In this document: positions 1 through 6,178 of the stretch, piece by piece
How positions within the stretch are numbered: position 1 is the stretch's first letter
Layout: each line of letters begins with the position of its first letter
Assembly: GCA_024275415.1 (NCBI GenBank)
Contig: JAJRZD010000066.1
Location: 1 to 11,050 of the forward strand
DNA from: an archaeon
GTDB lineage: Archaea; Asgardarchaeota; Thorarchaeia; Thorarchaeales; Thorarchaeaceae
Length of the DNA: 11,050 nt
Direction: 5' to 3'
The notes under the pieces: generated by a model
Database searches by the model: none
Told to the model about the DNA's origin: nothing
The model's input: the letters and a program-made list of their open reading frames with translations, nothing else
Program-made: the position numbers and the translations under genes

Positions 1-37
1 ATGCCTCTTAGCAACGTTTTAGTTAGAATCATATCAC

Positions 38-946
38 TTGCCAGTCAAGATGCAACTACCTCCTGATATGCTGCTTGGCGTGGGAATTGGCTTCTTGACA
101 GCCCTCCTGTGGGGGATATCCACAAACGTCTACAAGTCCCAGAGTGAATCTGCGACCCCGCTCGCCATATCAGCAATCAAGATGTGGCTCTCATTTATGT
201 TCATGCTTGTAATTGTTCTATTGCCTTTCCGTGAAGTCCCACCACAGATATCCCTACACTCACTCCTGTTCCTCATCTCATCCGTTACGATAGGTCTGGT
301 CATAGGGGATCTCGTCTATCTCATGGGACAAGAGCGTATTGGCGTATCATATGCATTTCCTATCGCCAACATCTATCCCATTACAACCTACATCATAGCT
401 ATCTTCATCGTAGGCGAGGAATTGATACCACTTCGTTTCATTGGCGTAGTCGTGGCGATAGTAGGGATTGGTCTGATATCATATGAGCAGGCAGAGCATG
501 ATGAAGAAGATGGTGTAAAGGACTTCATCGGCATTGGGCTTGCACTGTCGGCGGCAATTTGCTGGTCCATTGGAAGCGTATTCTTGCAGATTGGTGTCAC
601 AGATGTGGATCCGATCGATGCCAATTTCATCAGGATGGCGTTTGGTGCAGTCATTTTCCTTCCAGCCATGGTCGGAGCCAAGCATCGCGGAATGCACCTT
701 CCTTCAGCCAAATCCACAAAGGTCATCTTGGCTGGGGGATTCCTTGGAATGACGCTTGGTTCCCTCTTCTATACCTATTCTGTGAATTTGATTGGTGCTG
801 CTGTGGCGTCACTGTTGGGCTCAACGGCTCCGCTCTTTGCTCTCCCGATCTCAATCTTCTTTTTGAAGGAGTCCTATTCATTCAGGTCAATCTCGGGAGC
901 AATCTTAACAGTCTTTGGTGTGATTCTTGTCATAGTTGCAGTGTAA
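38..946 (+). CDS. DMT/EamA-family (drug/metabolite transporter) membrane protein
   Basis: About 300 aa with roughly 10 hydrophobic segments in two repeated halves. Typical EamA patterns: GxxxALxxAxxW at the start of each repeat (GIGFLTALLWG; GIGLALSAAICW), 'IGVSYAFPI..IYP', 'IGAAVASLLGSTAPLFALPISIFFLKE', 'GAILTVFGV'. ORF start is TTG at 38; ATG at 50 is an alternative start. Confidence 0.9.
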   Translation: MPVKMQLPPDMLLGVGIGFLTALLWGISTNVYKSQSESATPLAISAIKMWLSFMFMLVIVLLPFREVPPQISLHSLLFLISSVTIGLVIGDLVYLMGQERIGVSYAFPIANIYPITTYIIAIFIVGEELIPLRFIGVVVAIVGIGLISYEQAEHDEEDGVKDFIGIGLALSAAICWSIGSVFLQIGVTDVDPIDANFIRMAFGAVIFLPAMVGAKHRGMHLPSAKSTKVILAGGFLGMTLGSLFYTYSVNLIGAAVASLLGSTAPLFALPISIFFLKESYSFRSISGAILTVFGVILVIVAV

Positions 947-1010
947 GATGCCATGTCGATCGTTCCCACCACTTCCGATCTATTGTTGCATTATTACTGC
1001 TCATACTCCC

Positions 1011-1079
1011 AATATATTACACTCAGAAATCGAAAACCTATAGATTGATGATAATATATTACAATATTCGACTCGAATA
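1011..1079. promoter_or_regulatory. AT-rich upstream region with an 11-bp direct repeat and two palindromes (candidate promoter/operator)
   Basis: AATATATTACA at 1011-1021 and 1053-1063 (42 bp apart). TAATATATTA at 1052-1061 is a perfect palindrome. TATTCG-ACT-CGAATA at 1065-1079 is a perfect 6-3-6 inverted repeat. All lie upstream of the 1133/1163 start. Confidence 0.35.
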
Positions 1080-1132
1080 CCTCATTTTGTTTTCACTTGT
1101 GACAACAGTGACTATCTCATTAAAATGCCAGA

Positions 1133-1693
1133 ATGCCCGAATGCTGTCTTGGTACAGAGCTGATGAAAGGGCCTACAATACTTAGCTGGAATACGACTTA
1201 CAGCTGCAATCTCAAATGTCCTCACTGTTATGCATCTGCAACGGACGAGTTGACCTCAGGCCAACTCACCACTGAAGAGGGTTTGGAGTTCATTGATACT
1301 CTAGGGCGATACGATAACCTGGTCTTAGTGTTCTCTGGAGGCGAGCCACTCGTTCGCTCTGCCAATGCTACTTCCGACCTGAGAGATATGCTCAAAGACA
1401 CCTTTGATGTGACCGAGCTCCATGTATATGAAATGGTTCCGTTGGAGATAGAAAGAGAAGCTCTTAAGGACATAGACGTTATTCTTGTTACTGCCGGATC
1501 AGTAGCAAAGGCACTTCAACCTCATTTGGAACACTTAAAGCAGAACAATGCTGTACTGGTGTCAATAGGACCCATGGCGACGCGGACAATGACTGGGATA
1601 GGCATGATTCCCGATGTTGAGGCATCGATTAACACAATGGAAGGAATGCTATATGCCCTGATCGATTATCTATATCACCAAGAAAAGAAATGA
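1133..1693 (+). pseudogene. Chimeric ORF: truncated AhbC/AhbD (NirJ-like) radical SAM N-terminus fused in frame to the C-terminal half of uroporphyrinogen-III synthase (HemD)
   Basis: Residues 18-75 read WNTTYSCNLKCPHCYASA...LTTEEGLEFID...VFSGGEPLVR (CxxxCxxC at 1205-1228, GGEP at 1337-1348). From about 1358 the sequence follows the second HemD domain: RS..A..DL.D.L...FDV.ELHVYE...DVILVTAGS.A...VSIGPMAT..M..IG..PDVEA..NTMEGM..ALIDY. The rest of the radical SAM barrel and the first HemD half are absent. Likely start ATG 1163. Family assignment is by motif recall. Confidence 0.75.
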
Positions 1694-1703
1694 GAAACGA
1701 TAG

Positions 1704-2627
1704 ATGATGAACCCCAACAAGATCGACGATATACTGAAGTCAAAGGAATTCCGAGATGTCAAGGAGAAACTAGGAAGTTTCTTTGAATTATCCGAGCAAG
1801 AAACGTTAGTGTATGTCACATTATTGACAAACACCGAATTGACCGCAACCGAGGTATCGAAGACTTCAGGGATTAGGAGGCCCTGAACCTATGAACTATT
1901 GAAGCATCTAAAAGAGAAAGGTCTTGCCGAAGAGAAGAATAGCACTCCTAAAGTATTCAGTGCAAAATCTCCGCGGACTGTCATCAATGACTGGATATCC
2001 GAACGTGAAAGAGAGATGCAGGAAGAAACAACTGCAATGCTTGGAGTGCTGCAGATACTCCAGAAGATTTGGATCAACCAGCACGAAACACAGTTAGGAA
2101 CCAATCTATTCTTACTCTCAGAGCATTTCGTACGTGAGGTCATACCACAGGAAATTCAAACCGTCACAGAGAACATCTGTCTTGCCATTCGTACTCCTGA
2201 CATCTCCCCTCCTTTGTCGAAAGGCAGTGTATCAGCGTTCTTTGACCACGCCCTTCTCACCAAGGCGATGAAAAAGTTCGCGACACACGGAGCTGTTCTG
2301 CACTTATTGATTGGGAATCTTGAGTCATTTCTGGAGAGATCATGGGCAGAAGGAGTAAGTATCCTGTTACGAGGGATTGATGAGGGTTTCATCGAGGTCA
2401 GAGAAACCAAACAACAAGTCCCGCACACGTTTCTAATTGTGGACAATCGACGGGTGTATTTGTTCTTCTTGGATTGCACTGGATATACGCATCGTGAGGC
2501 AATACGAACAGAGATTCCAGGTCTTGTTGATACATTCAACCTGTTCTGGAACATGCTTTGGGAACATGCAACCGTCGTATCACCAGAACACATTTTATCG
2601 CTCTCCAAGATGCAAAAAAAACAGTAG
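1704..2627 (+). pseudogene. TrmB-family transcriptional regulator interrupted by one in-frame TGA (1884-1886)
   Basis: ORFs 1704-1886 and 1899-2627 share a frame and read through as LSEQETLVYVTLL...TATEVSKTSGIRRP*TYELLKHLKEKGLAE, matching the TrmB winged HTH (L..YEA.VY..LL....TA.EI...SG.PR...Y..L..L..KGLV). The C-terminal part contains HTFLIVDNRRV, resembling the TrmB effector/PLD-like domain. Confidence 0.85.
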
Positions 2628-2784
2628 CCGACGGAGAATAGCATAAAACCCACGCCTTCGTCCAATTTCCCCCGCAATGGCATCAGTTTCTTCCGGTTGT
2701 GGCGGTTTCTTGAAGAGTACCTGCTCCATGTGTTTGAATCGTATCGCATCCTTGTAGATTAGCGTCCCGAATAATGAGTTATGT

Positions 2785-2802
2785 AAAATAGAGTTCTATT
2801 TT
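2785..2802. promoter_or_regulatory. 8-2-8 inverted repeat upstream of the MNT-HEPN pair (candidate operator or terminator hairpin)
   Basis: AAAATAGA-GT-TCTATTTT, followed by extra T residues and by a BRE/TATA-like stretch (GAAACCTTTTCATTAAAA) near 2820-2837. Confidence 0.4.
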
Positions 2803-2858
2803 TTGCTAATACCGAAAGTGAAACCTTTTCATTAAAAGCAAACTCTCATATTGATTTA

Positions 2859-3323
2859 ATGAAATTGCAGATACACGAGGATATTCGAATGTCAATCAAA
2901 GAGGAACTGCTTGAAATCATCAAGGGTTCAGAGCAGATAATCTCTGATGAATTGGCTATTCGCTTTATTTTGCTAGTTGGATCGCAGACGACCACAATGA
3001 CGGGACCTATGAGCGATGTTGACATAGCAATCTATGTGAATCCTGACCGCTACTCAAATGACAACCCGAATCTCCAAATCAAACTAGGGGCACTACTTGG
3101 TGATGGACTGAAGAGGGATGATATTGACATCATCATACTCAACGATGCGCCCCCAGCTATGAGATTCAATGTTGTCAAGAATGGCCTCATCCTGTATGTG
3201 AAAGACGAAGGCGAGTATGAGGACTACGTGGTAAGGACTCTCTCGGATTACTATGATTATTCCTATTTTCTCAATCGCCAATTCGAATACGCAAAGGCAT
3301 CTCTAAGTGGTGAATCAAAATGA
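2859..3323 (+). CDS. mntA: Minimal nucleotidyltransferase (MntA-like antitoxin, type VII TA)
   Basis: Exact GSX10DXD motif (GS-QTTTMTGPMS-DVD), plus 'DIDIIILNDAPPAMRFNVVKNGLILY' and 'DYYDY'. ATGA overlap with the downstream HEPN gene. ATG 2889, preceded by GAGG at 2877-2880, may be the real start. Confidence 0.9.
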   Translation: MKLQIHEDIRMSIKEELLEIIKGSEQIISDELAIRFILLVGSQTTTMTGPMSDVDIAIYVNPDRYSNDNPNLQIKLGALLGDGLKRDDIDIIILNDAPPAMRFNVVKNGLILYVKDEGEYEDYVVRTLSDYYDYSYFLNRQFEYAKASLSGESK

Positions 3324-3733
3324 GCGATTCCGAGTTGAAATCACGCGTGCTGTTCCTTCATAATGCTCTTAGAAAACTCTCAGAACTACGCAACAGGACA
3401 CGCGAACAATTCTTGGAAGATTATACAGTAAGTGATACCGTTCTGTATAATCTTCAAGTAGCAATTGAAACTATAACCGACATTGGCAACTACATTCTCA
3501 AGCGAGGAAATCACAAGATTCCCGAAACAAGAGCTGAGGTTTTCAAGCTTCTTTGTCAGCATCGCTATCTGGATCCCTCAATGGAACCCACTCTTATCGA
3601 GATGTCCCGTTTCAGAAACCTACTGGTTCATGGATACACCGCAGTGAACCTGAATATCGTCTACGGGATTCTCACGAATCGCTTAAGTTTCCTGCAACAA
3701 GTTGTGAACCAGCTTGTTAAGGAAATCAAATGA
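3320..3733 (+). CDS. hepT: DUF86/HEPN ribonuclease (HepT-like toxin)
   Basis: 137 aa with the RX4HXY motif (RNLLVHGY) and 'LYNLQVAIETITDIGNYI'. Translationally coupled to the MNT gene. Confidence 0.9.
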   Translation: MSDSELKSRVLFLHNALRKLSELRNRTREQFLEDYTVSDTVLYNLQVAIETITDIGNYILKRGNHKIPETRAEVFKLLCQHRYLDPSMEPTLIEMSRFRNLLVHGYTAVNLNIVYGILTNRLSFLQQVVNQLVKEIK

Positions 3734-3743
3734 GGAAAGTGCG

Positions 3744-3766
3744 GGGCGACCCTTGCGAGGTCGTCC
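3744..3766. terminator. GC-rich hairpin between convergent hepT and vhuU (possible terminator)
   Basis: + strand GGGCGACC-CTTGCGA-GGTCGTCC. On the - strand CGACC/GGUCG is followed by the pyrimidine/U-rich tract CACUUUCCUCAUUUGAUUUCCUU. Confidence 0.35.
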
Positions 3767-3804
3767 AGCCCAACCCGAGTTTCGGTTGAGCCTTCATCCA
3801 CCGC
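3755..3804 (-). ncRNA. Eukaryote-type SECIS element (cis-acting selenocysteine insertion sequence)
   Basis: The - strand reads AUGA-A-GGCUCAACC-GAAACUCG-GGUUGGGCU-G-GA-C. This gives an AUGA/GA non-Watson-Crick core (3797-3794 and 3765-3764), a 9-bp helix (3792-3784 with 3775-3767) and AAA in the apical loop 11 nt after AUGA. A weak lower helix (GGU/ACC, GCG/CGC) is possible. It lies about 80 nt 3' of an in-frame UGA at a known Sec position. Folded by eye only. Confidence 0.8.
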
Positions 3805-3946
3805 CCAGCACTAGTTCCCTTCTTGCTATCTCGCGCCCCTCATCATCAACGATGACCATATGAGCGGCGCAGGATAGTCAGCAGTCATAGCAGCGCACGA
3901 CCATCTCAAGGAGGTTCAGTACGCCTTCCGGTATCTCTTCTGTCAT
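3794..3946 (-). CDS. vhuU: [NiFeSe] hydrogenase small selenopeptide subunit VhuU (not in ORF track)
   Basis: ATG at 3946, 11 nt after the vhuA stop with an AGAAGGA SD-like spacer. Translation: MTEEIPEGVLNLLEMVVRCYDC-U-LSCAAHMVIVDDEGREIARRELVLGGG*. TGA at 3880-3878 is the first ligand of the hydrogenase C-terminal D-P-C/U-x-x-C-x-x-H motif, which VhuA lacks. Stop TGA at 3796-3794. Confidence 0.93.
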
Positions 3947-3957
3947 GGTCCTTCTCT

Positions 3958-5268
3958 CTATATCATTGGTTCTGGCAGTTTCAGGTCGTCAAGAGCATTG
4001 TCCTCGAAGATCTGTCTGGCAGTCGTCAAGAGGCTCTTTTCCAATCCTGCGATGTTGTTGTTTGTGGCAACAATCATGTTTGCCCTTGTGATGATTCCCC
4101 TCTCATCAGTCCAGTAATGATGGATCAGGGTTCCTCGGGGTGCTTCGACACACCCAACACCATCTCCCTTGCGGGGTGCAACATCAGCAAGCTTGATGTC
4201 GGCACTCACGATATCAGGGTCTTTCAGCAGTCCCACGATTTCCTCTAATGATTGCACGAGTTCGATAATTCTTGCCCAGTGGTATGCAAAAGTAGCATGA
4301 ATAGGGCGTCCGAGTGCATCTCGCATCTCTTTCAATGCCTCCTGAGCCAGTGGGGTCGTCATCTCGTCCACAACATTGCATCGTGCAAGAGTGTTGGCTC
4401 GCCAAATGCCCTTGGGATAGCCCTCCGGCTTGTAGTAAACATGAGTGGCGTAAGAATGGTTAGCGACGTATTCCCCATAGTATTTGCGATAGTCCTTTGG
4501 TTTGAAGTCAGCTACGATCTTTCCATCGGGATCCATCACGCGTAGCTTGCCATCGTATATCTCATGCTTGCCATTGTTGTGCATGCCCAGATAATAGGTC
4601 GGAACAATTGCCAACTTGGTGATAGGATCCCAATAGTCCTGTACAACTTTCTTTGCAAGGTCAACCGTTGCAGTAGTCCATTCCAATGCATCTTCGCTAC
4701 GTTTGAGGTATTCATCTCGTTTCTCTTCAGAGAACGGGTGCATGATGCCTCCCGGAATCGAGGTGACGGGATGAATCGCTTTACCCCCTACAGCTGCACA
4801 GAGATCTTGTCCAAACTGCATCATCTGGAGTGCCATCTTTCCCACATCTGGCAGTGCCTTAATGATGGCGACTACATTCCTTTTCGCTGGATCCCCAAGA
4901 GGACCGGCAAGAAAGTCTGGTGCTGCAAGGGCGAAGAAATGGATGGCATGGCTACTGAACTGCTTTGCGTTGATGAGCAGTCTTCGCAGTTTGACTGCAG
5001 CAGGAGGCGGAGTGATCCGCCATGCAGCCTCGACTGCCTTTGTAGAGGCAAGATGATGAGGCTCGGGACAGATGCCACAGATGCGAGGCGCTATACGTAC
5101 AGCCTCCTCCCCGAATCTCCCTTCCAAGAACTTCTCGAAGAACCGAGTGGATGAAACGTTGAACTGGACATCCTTTACTTTTCCGTCTACCCCGATTTTT
5201 AGTGTGAGTTCGCCATGCCCCTCAAGTCGAGTGACCGGGGCAATCTTTACTGTCTTCTCTTCGGTCAA
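3958..5268 (-). CDS. vhuA: F420-non-reducing (Mvh/Vhu-type) hydrogenase large subunit, C-terminally split
   Basis: Motifs TRLEGHG, RxxCGxCxxxH (PRICGICPEPH), HAIHFFALAAPD, GGKAIHP, EAPRGTLIHHY and VATNNN. It ends without the C-terminal DPCxxCxxH motif. TTG start overlaps the vhuG stop (TTGA). Confidence 0.93.
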   Translation of the reverse strand: MTEEKTVKIAPVTRLEGHGELTLKIGVDGKVKDVQFNVSSTRFFEKFLEGRFGEEAVRIAPRICGICPEPHHLASTKAVEAAWRITPPPAAVKLRRLLINAKQFSSHAIHFFALAAPDFLAGPLGDPAKRNVVAIIKALPDVGKMALQMMQFGQDLCAAVGGKAIHPVTSIPGGIMHPFSEEKRDEYLKRSEDALEWTTATVDLAKKVVQDYWDPITKLAIVPTYYLGMHNNGKHEIYDGKLRVMDPDGKIVADFKPKDYRKYYGEYVANHSYATHVYYKPEGYPKGIWRANTLARCNVVDEMTTPLAQEALKEMRDALGRPIHATFAYHWARIIELVQSLEEIVGLLKDPDIVSADIKLADVAPRKGDGVGCVEAPRGTLIHHYWTDERGIITRANMIVATNNNIAGLEKSLLTTARQIFEDNALDDLKLPEPMI

Positions 5269-6176
5269 TGTTCCTGTCCCCTTTCCTTTCCTCGCATCTT
5301 TGATAGATAGGATGCTGCGTAGTCAGTGAAGTAGAATGAGCCAATTGGGTCTGGGAAAGAACCTTTGAGTTCCTCCGGCTCCATCTCCGCAACGGCTCCC
5401 AGTGCAGAGATGATCTTCGCGCCGTGGTCTGACATTATTGGTGTCGGCCCAAAACATCCTTTGCATGGTGTAGTCACAGATGGGCACTGTGCCCCACAAA
5501 GCCCCATAGTCGCGAACCCGAGGCACAAGTAACCCTGATCAAGGATGCACTTGCCTGCCTCTATATTTCCCTCGTAGTTCCGTTTGAACTTCTTGATATG
5601 TTTCTCCTTCCTTTCCATCGGGCACTGGTCACACACTGTCTTTGTGGGAAGGTCGAACGGCTTGTTAGTCAACAGCGCAGTCAGTGCATCAAGAGTGTTC
5701 TCACTAGTAGGCGGGCAACCAGGGAGCAGGACATCACATTCGACTATCTGAGGATTTGGAGTTATGTGTTCCGTGAATCCTGGCATATTCTCATCAGGTA
5801 TCCGAGGGTCTGTGACCGTTTCAGCCTGAATGAACTTCCTCTCTAGGAGTTCCTTTAGATCCCACTGGTTCGCAAGTCCCTGTACGCCCCCAAAGATTGA
5901 GCATGAGCCCCATGCAACAAGAGTCTTGCATTTCTCTCTCATGACCTTCAGGAGATGCAGATCCTCTTTGGTACGGCAGCTTCCTTCAACCATTCCAATA
6001 TGCACTGATCTATTCGGGAGTGCCTCAAGGTCTGCAAGCTTGTAATCCACCACCGTTGGCCAGAACACGATATCGAGCTTTGGCAGTACATCTAATAGAC
6101 CAAGATGCAGATCGACAAGAGACTGGTCGCAACCCCAACATGAACTCAGCTGTGCAAGTGCGATTCGTTTCGCCAT
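5265..6176 (-). CDS. vhuG: F420-non-reducing hydrogenase small Fe-S subunit (MvhG/VhuG)
   Basis: Motifs SSCWGC, VEGS, AWGSCSIFGG, PGCPP, VCDQC and C...QGYLCLG..T...C.A.CP....PC.GC.GP. Located between mvhD and vhuA. Confidence 0.93.
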   Translation of the reverse strand: MAKRIALAQLSSCWGCDQSLVDLHLGLLDVLPKLDIVFWPTVVDYKLADLEALPNRSVHIGMVEGSCRTKEDLHLLKVMREKCKTLVAWGSCSIFGGVQGLANQWDLKELLERKFIQAETVTDPRIPDENMPGFTEHITPNPQIVECDVLLPGCPPTSENTLDALTALLTNKPFDLPTKTVCDQCPMERKEKHIKKFKRNYEGNIEAGKCILDQGYLCLGFATMGLCGAQCPSVTTPCKGCFGPTPIMSDHGAKIISALGAVAEMEPEELKGSFPDPIGSFYFTDYAASYLSKMRGKERGQEH

Positions 6177-6178
6177 TG

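Noticed and set aside
1093-1102. TCAC-TT-GTGA as a Thermococcales TGM (TrmBL1) site
   Set aside because: TGM is TATCAC-N5-GTGATA; both the spacing and the flanks do not match.
1124-1147. Imperfect 8-nt tandem repeat (AATGCCAG/AATGCCCG/AATGCTGT)
   Set aside because: Three degenerate copies only; too short to support a function.
559-1185. 208-aa alternative-frame ORF overlapping eamA
   Set aside because: Out-of-frame overlap with a clear transporter gene, with an atypical Cys/Ser/His-rich composition.
1884-1886. TrmB in-frame TGA as selenocysteine
   Set aside because: It aligns to a basic residue of the HTH, not a Cys site. The only AUGA-led hairpin downstream (2774-2815) has no apical loop with unpaired A residues and no proper GA core geometry.
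2595-2729. 44-codon - strand ORF (MEQVLFKKPPQPEETDAIAGEIGRRRGFYA...)
   Set aside because: No SD or recognisable motif, and it overlaps the trmB 3' end. It could be a gene remnant but is unsupported without a homology search.
3695-3796. Readthrough of the second vhuU UGA as another Sec, extending the peptide
   Set aside because: The extension would run through the SECIS and antisense into hepT with no recognisable motif, and a UGA inside the SECIS core cannot plausibly be recoded by that same element.
4214-5154. Long + strand ORFs opposite vhuA (4252-4545, 4564-5154, 4862-5056) and similar ORFs opposite aor, the amidohydrolase, eamA and trmB
   Set aside because: Shadow frames of well-supported genes, with no motifs or start signals.
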